From an uncultured delta proteobacterium (GTDB lineage Bacteria; Desulfobacterota; Binatia; Binatales; Binataceae), in the NCBI GenBank assembly GCA_963711565.1, contig CAVQEQ010000004.1, forward strand, positions 640,001-704,000: 64,000 nt of DNA. The letters are read 5' to 3'. Shown here one piece after another: positions 41,577 to 52,276 of the stretch; the first letter of the stretch is position 1, and the number at the start of each line of letters is the position of its first letter. The notes beneath the pieces are model-generated. The model had not been told where the DNA came from. It made no database searches and saw nothing but the letters and a program-made list of their open reading frames with translations. The position numbers and the translations under genes were made by a program.

Positions 41577-41605
41577 ATACATGGATCCCAAAGCCGGAGA
41601 TAATA

Positions 41606-42706
41606 GTGCGGACTGATCGCGCAGCGAGCTATCGCGTCTATGGGATGAGCCAATCCTACTTCACGCGCAAGCTGACCGGTTATCTCGACTACAAGGCCAT
41701 CCCGTATTTTCTGCGGCGGTTCGCGAGCGCGAATCGGACGGCCCGCGACGCCGGATGGCCCGGCGCGATGCCGGTGGTGATGACGCCCTCCGGCGAATTC
41801 ATGTGGGATACAACGGCGATGATTCACCACCTGGAGTCCCGCTTTCCTGAACCGAGCGTGTTTCCCGCGGACCCGGTGCTGCGGTTTCTCGACTACGTCC
41901 TTGAAGACGCGCTCGACGAATGGTTCTACCGACCCGCCGTCGGATCGCGATGGTTCTACGAAGAAAACCATCGCGTGGGCGGATGGGAGCTGGCCCGCGA
42001 CGCCACCCACGAGGTGAACGTTCCTGGCGATCAGGCTTATGAGGCGGTGAAAGCGCACGTCACTGCGACCTGCGAGCCCTTCGGCGTGACGGCCGCGAAC
42101 ATCGATTCATGGATCGGTGAAATTCTGCGGCCCTGGCTTCGCGTGACAGGGGCGCATCTCGTGTCGCATCGATATCTCTTCGGCGGACGTCCGTCGCTTG
42201 CGGACTTCGCATTCTTCGGGGGTAACGCCGCGCACTTTATCAACGATCCGCTGTGCCGCCGATGGGTCGATGCGGACGCGCCGGCAATCGTCGCGCATAC
42301 GCATCGCATCATGGAGCCGGAAGACCAGGAGTTCGGTGAGTGGATGGCGCCGGGCGAGGTGCCCGAGACGATGATCGCGATCCTGTCCGAGCTCGGCCGC
42401 TTCTATCTGCCCTGGGTCAGCCGCGCGTCGGTGGATGGGAAAGCGGAACTCGCATTTGCAAGCGGCCAGCGCGTCGAAATAGCAGTCACGCCGTTTCTTG
42501 CCGAAGCCCGCGCGACTTTGCTCGCACGCTACGTGGAGTTTCGCAGCGATGCACTCGACGCGGTTCTCGAACGCGCGGGAATTCGTTTGTACTTCGCCGA
42601 CTTCGCCGATCGCGCCGGCAAGCTACCGAGCTACGAGAAGCCGCCGCAGCCCGCGTTGAACCGCCCGTTCGGGCCGCCATGGGAAAGAGAGGGCACCGGT
42701 CGATGA
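41606..42706 (+). CDS. Glutathione S-transferase family protein
   Basis: SYFTRKLTGYLDYKAIP, MPVV..P...DTT, YLFGGRPSLADFA. Confidence 0.82.
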   Translation: MRTDRAASYRVYGMSQSYFTRKLTGYLDYKAIPYFLRRFASANRTARDAGWPGAMPVVMTPSGEFMWDTTAMIHHLESRFPEPSVFPADPVLRFLDYVLEDALDEWFYRPAVGSRWFYEENHRVGGWELARDATHEVNVPGDQAYEAVKAHVTATCEPFGVTAANIDSWIGEILRPWLRVTGAHLVSHRYLFGGRPSLADFAFFGGNAAHFINDPLCRRWVDADAPAIVAHTHRIMEPEDQEFGEWMAPGEVPETMIAILSELGRFYLPWVSRASVDGKAELAFASGQRVEIAVTPFLAEARATLLARYVEFRSDALDAVLERAGIRLYFADFADRAGKLPSYEKPPQPALNRPFGPPWEREGTGR

Positions 42707-43158
42707 ATGCACCGTCGAGATCGACACAGTCCGTCGAGCCGCTCGCGTGGGTCGTGGTGGCTTTGATCGGCATCCTGAATTTGTTTCGCGGCAGCGTCCA
42801 CACGTTCCTCCCCGACGGCGGTGCGGGAGTGATCGCGGGCTTCGACCTTAGCCACTCGCGGCAGACGATCGTGTTTCTGTTCGCGGTGATGGGAATCGAG
42901 CAGCTTTCGCTGGGGGTTGTCGATCTGATCGTGGCTTTTCGTGTGCGATGGCTCGCGCTGCCGGCGCTGTGGTTCCACGCGCTGGAGCAGACCGCGGCGG
43001 AAATCATTTTCGTCTTCTATAAACCTCCGCCGGGCCATCCGCCCGGCATGGTCGGCGCGCCGCTGGTGCTTGCGGTTCTGTGGCTCGTAGTTGGATGGAT
43101 TTACTGGCGGCGCTCAGGCGCGGCGCGTCAAACGGCGACGGCGCTTCAAGCGCGTTGA
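42703..43158 (+). CDS. Small integral membrane protein
   Basis: ATG overlaps the GST stop (ATGA); about 4 TM segments. Confidence 0.7.
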   Translation: MNAPSRSTQSVEPLAWVVVALIGILNLFRGSVHTFLPDGGAGVIAGFDLSHSRQTIVFLFAVMGIEQLSLGVVDLIVAFRVRWLALPALWFHALEQTAAEIIFVFYKPPPGHPPGMVGAPLVLAVLWLVVGWIYWRRSGAARQTATALQAR

Positions 43159-43181
43159 CGAAGGAAGGCGGGAAAGCGTCG

Positions 43182-44843
43182 ATGCGAATTGGGACGAAGG
43201 GCAGGGTCGCGATCGTGGCGGCGGTCGTGGTGGCGGTGGCCGGCTGGGCGCTGTTTCAACGTTACTGGTACTACATTCCTGGCATCGTGCTCAGCATCAG
43301 AAATCCGATTGAGCCGAATCATCCGGTGACGTGGGAGAGCGGACCTGCCGTAGCGGCCGCCCCGCCCGAGCAGCGTCCGCCGAATGTGATTGTTATTCTT
43401 GCCGACGATCTCGGCTTCAACGACATCACGATCAACGGCGGTGGAGTTGCGGACGGCGCGGTGCCGACGCCCAATATCGACGCGATTGCGCATGAGGGCG
43501 TGTCGTTTGCCCAAGGTTATGCGGGCGACGCGACTTGCGCGCCGTCGCGCGCCGCGATCATGACTGGGCGCTTTGCCACGCGATTTGGCTTCGAGTTCAC
43601 GCCGGCGCCGGTGGCATTCGAGCGATTGATTTCGCTATCCGACTACGGTCTGCATCAGCCGATATTCCATAAGGAGCTGGTGAGCCACGAACCGCCATTG
43701 GCGCAAGAGGCGGTGCCGACGAGCGAGATCACGATCGCGCAACTGCTTAAGACCCGCGACTATCACACGATTTTTCTGGGCAAGTGGCATTTGGGCGAGA
43801 CTGACGGGACGCGGCCCGACCACCGCGGTTTTGACGAGACGCTCGGTTTCCTTGCGGGTGCGTCGATGTATTTGCGCGCGAACGATCCCGCGGTCGAGAA
43901 CTCGGTTCAGGATTTCGATCCGATCGACAAATTCCTGTGGGCCAACCTGCCGTTCGCCGTGACGCGCAACGGGAGCCACCGGTTTTACCCGTCCGAGTAC
44001 ATGACCGATTACCTTGGCGACGAGGCGGTCAAGGCGATCGACGCCAATCGCAATCGGCCATTTTTCATTTACCTTGCGTTCAACGCGCCGCATGTTCCGC
44101 TGCAGGCGCTGAAATCGGACTACGACGCTTTGCCGCAAATCACCGATCACCGGCTGCGGGTGTATGGAGCGATGATCCGCGCACTCGATCGCAACGTCGG
44201 TCATGTGATGTCGGCACTGAAGGAAAACGGGCTCGATAAGAACACGCTGGTGATTTTCACCAGCGACAACGGCGGCGCGAATTATATCGGCTTGCCGTAT
44301 ATCAACCGGCCATACCGCGGGTGGAAAGCGACCTTCTTCGAGGGCGGCATTCACGTGCCGTTCTTCATGAGGTGGCCCGCGAAAATCCCGGCCGGCACGA
44401 AGTACAATTTGCCGATTGCGCACACGGACATTTTTGCGACTGTCGCGGCGGCGGCAGGCGCGGCCATGCCGACCGATCGCGTGATGGACGGCGTCAACGT
44501 GATTCCGTTTGTCACCGGGGCGAGCACGGGAACCCCTCATCAAATGCTCTACTGGCGATCGGGCGCGTACAAGACCTTGCTCGATGGCGAATGGAAGCTG
44601 CAGGTCTCGGCGCGGCCGGACAAGATGTGGCTGTTCGATTTGAAGACGGATCCGACCGAGCACAATAATCTCGCGTCGAGCCAGACCGACAAGCTCAAGG
44701 AAATGGTGCAGGTGCTGGACGCGATCGATCGGCAGCAGGCCAAGCCGCTGTGGCCGTCGCTGCTCGAAGGGCCGATCGACATCGATCATCCATTGTCGTT
44801 CCCGCAGCGTCCTGATGACGAGTACGTGTATTGGTCCAACTGA
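43182..44843 (+). CDS. Cys-type formylglycine-dependent sulfatase, N-terminally anchored
   Basis: PNVIVILADDLG, CAPSRAAIMTGR, GKWHLG, SDNG. Confidence 0.93.
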   Translation: MRIGTKGRVAIVAAVVVAVAGWALFQRYWYYIPGIVLSIRNPIEPNHPVTWESGPAVAAAPPEQRPPNVIVILADDLGFNDITINGGGVADGAVPTPNIDAIAHEGVSFAQGYAGDATCAPSRAAIMTGRFATRFGFEFTPAPVAFERLISLSDYGLHQPIFHKELVSHEPPLAQEAVPTSEITIAQLLKTRDYHTIFLGKWHLGETDGTRPDHRGFDETLGFLAGASMYLRANDPAVENSVQDFDPIDKFLWANLPFAVTRNGSHRFYPSEYMTDYLGDEAVKAIDANRNRPFFIYLAFNAPHVPLQALKSDYDALPQITDHRLRVYGAMIRALDRNVGHVMSALKENGLDKNTLVIFTSDNGGANYIGLPYINRPYRGWKATFFEGGIHVPFFMRWPAKIPAGTKYNLPIAHTDIFATVAAAAGAAMPTDRVMDGVNVIPFVTGASTGTPHQMLYWRSGAYKTLLDGEWKLQVSARPDKMWLFDLKTDPTEHNNLASSQTDKLKEMVQVLDAIDRQQAKPLWPSLLEGPIDIDHPLSFPQRPDDEYVYWSN

Positions 44844-44861
44844 CTCTGTGAGAGGTGCAGC

Positions 44862-45767
44862 TTGAAGATTTTGAGAAGTCCTGACGCGCGATTTGCCAAC
44901 CTGCCGGATTTTCCATTCACGCCGCACTACTGCGAGGTGAGGGATTCCGACGGCACTGCGCTGAGGATTCACTACCTGGACGAAGGCCCTCGTGACGCGA
45001 ATCCGGTGCTGCTGATGCATGGCGAGCCGTCGTGGTCGTTTCTCTATCGCAAGATAGTTGCGAATCTCGCCGCGCGCGGGCATCGCGTCGTCGCGCCGGA
45101 CCTCGTTGGATTCGGCCGCTCGGACAAACCTGCCGAGCAATTGGATTACACCTTCGAGCGCCATGTGCGCTGGATGAGCGATTGGCTGGTTGCGACGCGA
45201 CTGACGGACATCACGCTCTTTTGCCAGGACTGGGGCGGACTGATCGGACTACGGCTGGTGGCCGCGTTCCCGGAAAAATTCGCGCGCGTGGTGGTCGCGA
45301 ATACCGGCCTGCCGACGGGCGAAGGATTCAGCGCCGCGTTTCAGCAATGGCTGGAATTCAGCCAGAGCATTCCCGTCTTGCCGGTCGGGCAGATCGTGGG
45401 CATGGGATGCAAGCGCGGCTTGAGCGAGGCTGAGAAGGCGGCGTACGACGCGCCGTTCCCGGACGAATCGTTCAAGACGGGCGCGCGCCGCTTTCCGGCG
45501 CTGGTTCCAATTACGCCGCAGCACGGCTCGGTCGCCGAGAACAAGGCCGCCTGGAAAGTTCTGGAAAACTTCCGCAAGCCTTTTCTAACTGCGTTCAGCG
45601 ACTCTGATCCGGTGACGAAAGGCGGCGAGCAAATTTTTCAGCAGCGTGTTCCAGGAACCAAGGGGCAGAAACACGTGACAATTACGGGCGCCGGACACTT
45701 TCTGCAGGAGGACAAGCCGGACGAGATTGCCGACTTGCTCCACGAATTTATCGCTTCAACAAAATAG
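44862..45767 (+). CDS. Haloalkane dehalogenase (DhlA/DhmA subfamily)
   Basis: [28 protein letters not shown] nucleophile elbow, AYDAPFP, GHFLQED. Confidence 0.92.
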   Translation: MKILRSPDARFANLPDFPFTPHYCEVRDSDGTALRIHYLDEGPRDANPVLLMHGEPSWSFLYRKIVANLAARGHRVVAPDLVGFGRSDKPAEQLDYTFERHVRWMSDWLVATRLTDITLFCQDWGGLIGLRLVAAFPEKFARVVVANTGLPTGEGFSAAFQQWLEFSQSIPVLPVGQIVGMGCKRGLSEAEKAAYDAPFPDESFKTGARRFPALVPITPQHGSVAENKAAWKVLENFRKPFLTAFSDSDPVTKGGEQIFQQRVPGTKGQKHVTITGAGHFLQEDKPDEIADLLHEFIASTK

Positions 45768-45770
45768 AGG

Positions 45771-46187
45771 ATGGAAAAAATGAAAGTTGAGAACGCAGTT
45801 TACCCGACTGCCGATGGAATCCGCGCGCTGGGGCAGGATACTTCGCCGACGAAGATCGCAATGCTGAACCTGCTCAAGTTCCGCGAAAAGGCGGTGTACA
45901 GGGACGGGCGACCCGATAACATCTCGGGCCGCGAAGCGTACATGCGCTACGGCAACGCAATGACGAAAATTGTCGAGCGTGAGGGCGGCCGGATCTTGTT
46001 CACCGGCAGAATCGCGGGCCTGGTGATCGGCGAGGTCGAGGGTCTGTGGGACGTCGCCGCGATAATGGAGTACCCATCGCGCGCGGCCTTCCAGCGCATC
46101 GTGACCTTGCCGGAAGTGGCGGAGATCGGCGTGCATCGCGAGGCCGGACTCGAGGGGCAGCTGCTGATCATGACGGAGAGCATCTAA
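45771..46187 (+). CDS. DUF1330 (dimeric alpha-beta barrel) protein
   Basis: MLNLLKFR...Y..Y...GG...WD....EYPSR..F...HR.AGL pattern. Confidence 0.8.
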   Translation: MEKMKVENAVYPTADGIRALGQDTSPTKIAMLNLLKFREKAVYRDGRPDNISGREAYMRYGNAMTKIVEREGGRILFTGRIAGLVIGEVEGLWDVAAIMEYPSRAAFQRIVTLPEVAEIGVHREAGLEGQLLIMTESI

Positions 46188-46207
46188 CGTCAGAGGCTCG
46201 GTCGCGG

Positions 46208-46810
46208 ATGGCGCAGGAGGCAAGGGCGAAAGCTGAAACCGCCGATGGACGAATAGTCCGCGGGCACAACAATCGGCGGCGGATTGTCGCGGCGATGCTC
46301 GAGCTGGTGCGCGCGGGTGCGATCTCGCCGGGAGCGGAAGAAGTCGCCGATCGCGCCGGCGTGGGCTTGCGTACGGTGTTCCGGCACTTTGACGACATGG
46401 ACAGTTTGTATCGCGAAATGGCGGAGGCGATGCGGCACGAATTGCAGCCGATTGTAGCGGCGCCGTTCGTGTCGCGAAACTGGAAGGGCAGGCTCGGCGA
46501 AATGGTGGATCGGCGCGCGCGGCTGTTTGAGCGTGCGATGCCGTTTAAGAACGCAGCCGACGTGCATCGGCATCGCTCGACTTTTCTGCGCAAGGACTAC
46601 GAGACGATGAGAAGCGAGGAACGGGCTGCGCTCGAGGCCGTGCTGCCTGCCGCCATGAGAAACGACAAAGGATTTTTCGAGGCGATCGATCAGGCGTTGA
46701 GCTTTTCGACCTGGCAGCATCTGCGGCGCGATCAGAAACTGACTCAGGCGCAGGCCCGCCAGACGGTCGAATACGCGATGCGTGCGCTGGTCGGCGCGGC
46801 TGGAAAATAA
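46208..46810 (+). CDS. TetR/AcrR family transcriptional regulator
   Basis: DGR..RG..NRRRIVAAMLEL; AEEVADRAGVGLRTVFRHF HTH. Confidence 0.9.
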   Translation: MAQEARAKAETADGRIVRGHNNRRRIVAAMLELVRAGAISPGAEEVADRAGVGLRTVFRHFDDMDSLYREMAEAMRHELQPIVAAPFVSRNWKGRLGEMVDRRARLFERAMPFKNAADVHRHRSTFLRKDYETMRSEERAALEAVLPAAMRNDKGFFEAIDQALSFSTWQHLRRDQKLTQAQARQTVEYAMRALVGAAGK

Positions 46811-46823
46811 AGCGGACGCCCCG

Positions 46824-47390
46824 TCAGAGAGCGCCCATCTGCTTGAGAGTTTTTTCAGCTTCCGACGCGACCGTAGGATTCTTCGCACTGTCGCCGAGCG
46901 CAATCTTCAGATACTTGAGGGCATCGTCGCGTTGACCGGTTTGCGCGAGCAGCTCGCCAATTCTAAGCGCGGCGAAAGAGTTGTTGGGCTCTATCTGGTA
47001 TGCCTTGCGATAGTAAACCAGCGCGTCGTCGGTCTTGGGCGGCGAAAATGACATATACGCCTCGCCGATATTCAGATATGCGCTGACCTGGTTAGGCTGA
47101 TACTTGACGAGTTTTTGATAAACCTTGACGACATTGTCGAAATCGGATCGCGAGTTGTAGTAGAGGCCCAGATAAACGTACGCGTCCTCGTCCGCCGGAG
47201 CGATGTCGGTGGCTTGCCAGAGCAGCTTTACAGCGGCGTCGCTGTCGCTCATTTTGATTGCGGCATCGACCAGCGCGCGCGCCTTGAGTGCGTTGGCGTC
47301 CTGCGACTGCGCGGAAAATGGAAACGACGCGAGCGCAAGCACCAGGACGGCGAAGAGAGTGAACGATTTCAGCGCGGTTCGATCTCGCAT
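46824..47390 (-). CDS. Secreted TPR protein
   Basis: Signal peptide followed by several TPR motifs. Confidence 0.82.
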   Translation of the reverse strand: MRDRTALKSFTLFAVLVLALASFPFSAQSQDANALKARALVDAAIKMSDSDAAVKLLWQATDIAPADEDAYVYLGLYYNSRSDFDNVVKVYQKLVKYQPNQVSAYLNIGEAYMSFSPPKTDDALVYYRKAYQIEPNNSFAALRIGELLAQTGQRDDALKYLKIALGDSAKNPTVASEAEKTLKQMGAL

Positions 47391-47513
47391 GGCATCAGGT
47401 CGTGCATAGAACTCAGCCTCTAAATGGTGGCATGAAAGGGGCGCGATGCAAAGGTATCATGTGTCCGCGATGGGCGGTTGCTTCGACGTGAAAAAGGAAA
47501 TTCAGGGAGACCG

Positions 47514-48329
47514 GTGAAAACGCATCGTTTCATGGCCAACGGGCTCGCGCTGAATTGTCTTGACTATGGCGGCGACGGCAAGCGCCCGCTGTTGTTCCTG
47601 CATGGTGGCTCGGCGCACGCGCATTGGTGGGACTTCGTCGCGCCGGCCTTCGTGGAAGATTTTCACGTGCTCGCGCTCGATCAACGCGGGCACGGCGAGA
47701 GCGATTGGGCTGACGAATGGGCGTATGGTTCGCGGCATTACGTCTCGGATCTGGATCAAGTGATCGACGGATGGGGATTTGGCGCGCCGATTCTGGTTGG
47801 ACATTCGATGGGTGCGCATAACGTACTCGCCTATGCGGCCGAACACAGCGAAAAACTGCGGGCGATCGTGGCGCTCGATCCACCGCCTGACTACACGGAG
47901 CGGGCGGTCGAATTTCTCCAGTCGATTGCGGAAAAGCCGGCGCGCAGATTCGATTCGCTCGACGAGGCCGCGCGGAATTTCAAGGTTCTGCCGCGAGAGA
48001 CGCTCGCGAAGAAAGAAATCCTGGAGCACGTGGCGCGCAGCAGCTTCAAACGACACCAAGACGGTGCGTGGATACACAAGCTGGACCGGCGCACGATGAT
48101 TCGCGAACCGTCTCGCGTATGGAAGTCGTTGCATCGGATTACGTGCCCCGCGCTGATCGTCAAGATTACGAAGAGCCCATTGCTTGATCGCGAGGTAGCG
48201 AAAAAAATGGTCGCGCAGTTTGCGAACGCGCGGCTGGCGGAAATCGACGACTCGTATCATCACGTGATGCTGGATAATCCAACGGCGCTGATCGAAGTAA
48301 TTCGAAGTTTTGTCGGCGAGTTTAAGTGA
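47514..48329 (+). CDS. Alpha/beta hydrolase
   Basis: LHGG, DQRGHGES, GHSMG, C-terminal HHV. Confidence 0.88.
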   Translation: MKTHRFMANGLALNCLDYGGDGKRPLLFLHGGSAHAHWWDFVAPAFVEDFHVLALDQRGHGESDWADEWAYGSRHYVSDLDQVIDGWGFGAPILVGHSMGAHNVLAYAAEHSEKLRAIVALDPPPDYTERAVEFLQSIAEKPARRFDSLDEAARNFKVLPRETLAKKEILEHVARSSFKRHQDGAWIHKLDRRTMIREPSRVWKSLHRITCPALIVKITKSPLLDREVAKKMVAQFANARLAEIDDSYHHVMLDNPTALIEVIRSFVGEFK

Positions 48330-49153
48330 CGGCGCCGCACAGCCATCTGCTCGAAGGCTCGCCGCGGCTCCATTACCTGGAATGGAATCCGGCCGGGAGG
48401 CGCACGATTGTCCTCCTGCACGGCAACTCGGCGAATGCGTGGTGGTGGGAACCGCTAGCCCGCGCGATCGCGCCGGACTACCGGCTGCTCGCGCTCGACC
48501 AGCGCGGGCATGGCGACAGCGAGTGGGCGCGTCCGGCGGCATACTCGCCGACGGATTACGCGAACGACATTGCGAGGTTCGTCGCGCACGTGACGGCCAA
48601 TGCGGAAAAGCCGGTTGTCGTGGGTCACAGCATGGGCGGGCTGAACGTGCTGGCGTTTGCGCGGCGGCATCCGGAAAGCGCGCGCGGCGCGATGGCGATC
48701 AACGTCGCAGTCACATCGAGCCGCGGGCGTGATCGATATCTGCGGCGGCTGAAGGCGTTGCCGGTGGTGACGTATCCCGATCTGGCGACAGCAAAGGCGC
48801 GTTTCCGTCTGATGCCGAACGAGGGAGGAATCCCGGTCGAAGTAGTGCATGAGATCGCGGAAAAGAGCCTGGCGCGGACGGAGGAAGGGCGGTGGACGCT
48901 CAAATTCGATCGCGAAAGTTTTCTCGGCGGCGACGGGCTGGCAGTGCTCGAGACGATCAAGGAAATCAGGATTCCCACGATGCTGGTGCGCGCCGAGCAC
49001 AGCCGCATCATGACAGCGGAGGCGGCGGAGCAGGCGCGTGCTTCGAATCCGAAGGCGCGGCTGGTGACGATTGCCGACGCACATCATCACGTGATCCTCG
49101 AGAAGCCGGATGCGGTCGCGCGGGTGATCGAAGAGTTCGCGGCCAGCTTGTGA
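48326..49153 (+). CDS. Alpha/beta hydrolase (tandem paralog)
   Basis: LHGN, DQRGHGDS, GHSMG, AHHHV. Confidence 0.88.
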   Translation: MTAPHSHLLEGSPRLHYLEWNPAGRRTIVLLHGNSANAWWWEPLARAIAPDYRLLALDQRGHGDSEWARPAAYSPTDYANDIARFVAHVTANAEKPVVVGHSMGGLNVLAFARRHPESARGAMAINVAVTSSRGRDRYLRRLKALPVVTYPDLATAKARFRLMPNEGGIPVEVVHEIAEKSLARTEEGRWTLKFDRESFLGGDGLAVLETIKEIRIPTMLVRAEHSRIMTAEAAEQARASNPKARLVTIADAHHHVILEKPDAVARVIEEFAASL

Positions 49154-49157
49154 CGCG

Positions 49158-49601
49158 TTATAGGTCGCGTTCCATTTTGCGGTGTGCGATGCCGGCCTCA
49201 TCGAAGACGCCGCCCACCGGTCTGAATCCTTCCTTGAGATAGAAGCCGTCGGCGGTAAGCTGCGCGTGCAGGATTGCTTTGCGGAATCCGCGCGTGCGCG
49301 CGCGGTCGATCAGGAAGCGCAGGATTTTCTGACCGACGCCGGTTTTCCGCAGCTCCCGCAGAACCGCCATTCGGCCGATTTTCATTTCGCCGCTGCCATG
49401 CTCGACCATCCGGCCGCATCCGACCGCGACGCCGTCGAGAATCGCGAGTGCGTGAAATGCGCGCGCGTCGTCGGCGTCCATTTCAATTTCTTCGGGCACC
49501 TGTTGCTCTTCGATAAAGACGCGGCGGCGAATCGCCCAAGCTCGTTCCATGTCCGCGGGCGTTTCGATCGCGATCACTTTGATGCGAGAGCTTTCATCCA
49601 C
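49158..49601 (-). CDS. GNAT acetyltransferase (ElaA/YjcF-like)
   Basis: IRRRVFIEEQ, KIGRMAVLRELRKTGVG, FYLKEGF, FDEAGIAHRKM. Start trimmed to the GTG at 49601. Confidence 0.88.
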   Translation of the reverse strand: MDESSRIKVIAIETPADMERAWAIRRRVFIEEQQVPEEIEMDADDARAFHALAILDGVAVGCGRMVEHGSGEMKIGRMAVLRELRKTGVGQKILRFLIDRARTRGFRKAILHAQLTADGFYLKEGFRPVGGVFDEAGIAHRKMERDL

Positions 49602-49680
49602 GGGCGATTGACTAGCGCGCGATGGAGGCAGCGTCAAATCCTCTTCGAGGTAAAACCGGGGCTGTGATACGCTCGCGGCA

Positions 49681-50479
49681 ATGGCAAAGCCGAGCGAGAG
49701 CGCAAGCGACGACGAGACTCGGGAAGCCGCGCGAACGATCCTGGCGGCGCGATACGCGATCGCGCTCACGGGTGCGGGGATGTCGGTCGAAAGTGGAATA
49801 CCGCCGTTTCGTGGACCGGGTGGGCTGTGGACCAAGTACGGTGAGCCGCCGATGAACGGCTTTCAACGTTTCATGGCCGATCCGAAAAAGGCTTGGGAAG
49901 AACGGCTCAGCAAACGCAACGACGAACTTTACAAACCGCTCGCGGTTGCGAAGCCGAACCCAGGCCATCTCGCTCTGGTCGAACTGGAGCAACTGGGAGT
50001 GCTGCGGTTTGTGATTACGCAGAACGTCGATGACCTGCATCGGCAGGCGGGGCAGAAGGCGCTCGCGGAAATTCACGGCAACTGGACTTTGATCCGATGC
50101 CTCGATTGCAGGACGCGGTTTCATGGCGACGCAATAAGCCTCGAAGACGCTGCCGCCGGCGTGTCCGCGATGCGAAGGATTGTTGAAATCCGACACGGTT
50201 TCGTTCGGCGAGCCGATTCCGACCGACGTGCTGAACATGTGCGCGGATCATTCGGCGAAGGCGGACCTGGTAGTCGTGGCGGGGACCTCGGCGATGGTTT
50301 ATCCAGCCGCGGGATTTGCGCTCGAGGTGAAACAGCGCGGCGGGACGCTCGTCGAGGTGAATCTGTACGAATCGGAACTAACGCCGATATGCGATGTCAG
50401 CCTGCGAGGCGCATCGGCGGACGTGCTGCCGCGGCTGGCGAAGGCAGTTGGAGAGATTCGCCGAGAGAGTTTGTCTTAG
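49681..50479 (+). CDS. cobB: NAD-dependent deacylase (sirtuin, CobB), apparent frameshift near 50144
   Basis: TGAGMSVESGIPPFRG, TQNVDDLH, HGN and CLDC in one frame; CPRC, FGE, GTSAMVYPAA and EVN in the shifted frame. Confidence 0.87.
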
Positions 50480-52259
50480 AAATTCCTGCCTGGATGTAGT
50501 CATCCGAAGGTTTAGGCGGCGGAGTTGCCGAACCCGCGCGCCGGCGGAGGAGCAGCATTTCGTCGGTGCCGTCCAGCGAGGTTGGGTTCGATACCATAAC
50601 GATTTCGAAGCGGTTTCTCTTCGACGCGGGGAGTGCGTCGAAGAGCGTGCGCCAGGCGATCAGGTACTGCGGTATTTCGGGATCTTTTTGCGAGACGATC
50701 GGAATGGTGCGGCGGCTGTAGAAAGCTACGTCGTAGTTGAGTGCGCCCAGGTAGCCGACCGGACTGTCGTCCACGACTTTCATTGCATCCTCGGTAAAGT
50801 CCTTGAGCGAGAGGGTGTTGGCGATGGCCGGAACAACAACGACATTGACCGCAACCGTGATGAACACCATCGTGGCCGCGATCGCCGGCACGGTTCGTTC
50901 TAAAAGCGGGCGGGTGACGATCAGCCGTACGCCGAGTACGACCACCGCCAGCGGCATCGCGACCGCGAGAACCCAATGATTGCCGACCGTTGCGATCAAG
51001 ATGCGTGGGAAGGAGAGCGCGCGAATGCTTGCCGCTTGCAGCAGGTCGGCGAACTCGAGCGGCCAGGCGACGAGCATCGCGAGGGCGACCAGGGCGGCGC
51101 TGCCGAGCAGCAGCATCGCGAAGCCGGACAATCGCGCGATCCAGTTGGCGACGGCGCGCGCGGGCGCAGGACGCATGATGGACTGCCGGATATAAATCGC
51201 GACGAGAGTGGCGAATGCGGGATACAAACAGAGCAGGTATACGCCGCGCTTGCTTTGCGGAAGGTTGTAGAAAATCAGCACCGCGGTGAACCAGACAACG
51301 ATGTATTTGAGGCGCGAATCGACCGCGACCGGCGCGCGCGCGGCCTGTAAGCCGACGATCGGCAGCACAATTGTCCACGGCAGGAAGCCGGCGAAGAGGG
51401 CGAGCTCCATGTAATAGAAGGGATGGATGTGGCCCTCGTGGAAGTCGCCGCCGCCGGCGAAACGGAGCAGGTTTTCGGTCAGGATCTGCTTGCGGAAAAA
51501 ATCGAGGCCGCCTTCGATGAGCGCCGCGGCGTACCATCCTCCCGCGAGCACAATCACGACGAGCGCGCCCCGAACGAGATTCATCTCGCGAAGAAAGCTC
51601 CAGCGCTTTTCGAGAGCGATCCAGATCAAGGCGACCAGGCCCGGGAGAATCAAACCGATGGGGCCCTTGGTCAAAACGGCGAGCGCGATTGCGACATAGA
51701 GAAGCATCCGGCGGCGCGTCAAGCCCTCGGCCATGAAAATGAATTCGAAGAACGCGACTTCCATGAAGAATGTCAGCGTCATGTCGACGCGCGCGCCGGT
51801 CGCCGCTTGCAGGTACTGAAACGTCGTGGCCAGGATCAGCGCGGCAATGAGCGCGGTCACGTCGTCGAACAAGCGGCGAACGTAGAAGTAGCAAACGATC
51901 ACGCCGGCGATGGCGAGACCGGCTGACGGCAGGCGCACCGAGAATTCATTCACGCCGCCGGCGACGAGCGAGACGAGCGCGGCGAGCCAGTGCATCAGCA
52001 GCGGCTTCGAGGGAATTTCAACGCCGGCGCGCTGGGGCAGAATCACGCCGCCGCCGTGGACGATGTCGAAGACGGTGACGGCCTCGCGCGGCTCGCCCTT
52101 GGTGTAGAGCGGGTAGCCACCGAGATTTACGAGGTAGAGGGCGACGCCGAAGATCAGCAGGATAGGCCACGCGTGGCGCGCCTCGGCGATGTACTGGAGC
52201 CAATCCGGAGTGGTTGCAGTCTCGGAGTCGGAGCGCGAGGTCTCTTCAGGAAGTTTCAA
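50397..52259 (-). CDS. ArnT/PMT-family (GT39/GT83) polyprenyl-dependent glycosyltransferase
   Basis: EPREA, KPLLMHWL, RLPSA, ARVDM, LAVLTKGP, YLLCLYP; multiple TM segments. Confidence 0.88.
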   Translation of the reverse strand: MKLPEETSRSDSETATTPDWLQYIAEARHAWPILLIFGVALYLVNLGGYPLYTKGEPREAVTVFDIVHGGGVILPQRAGVEIPSKPLLMHWLAALVSLVAGGVNEFSVRLPSAGLAIAGVIVCYFYVRRLFDDVTALIAALILATTFQYLQAATGARVDMTLTFFMEVAFFEFIFMAEGLTRRRMLLYVAIALAVLTKGPIGLILPGLVALIWIALEKRWSFLREMNLVRGALVVIVLAGGWYAAALIEGGLDFFRKQILTENLLRFAGGGDFHEGHIHPFYYMELALFAGFLPWTIVLPIVGLQAARAPVAVDSRLKYIVVWFTAVLIFYNLPQSKRGVYLLCLYPAFATLVAIYIRQSIMRPAPARAVANWIARLSGFAMLLLGSAALVALAMLVAWPLEFADLLQAASIRALSFPRILIATVGNHWVLAVAMPLAVVVLGVRLIVTRPLLERTVPAIAATMVFITVAVNVVVVPAIANTLSLKDFTEDAMKVVDDSPVGYLGALNYDVAFYSRRTIPIVSQKDPEIPQYLIAWRTLFDALPASKRNRFEIVMVSNPTSLDGTDEMLLLRRRAGSATPPPKPSDDYIQAGISKTNSLGESLQLPSPAAAARPPMRLAG

Positions 52260-52276
52260 TTTTGAATAGGTAGGGG

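Noticed and set aside
43635-45164. Long antisense ORFs (also 33509-34993, 23452-24768, 50512-51894)
   Set aside because: Shadow frames of high-GC genes with no recognisable motifs.
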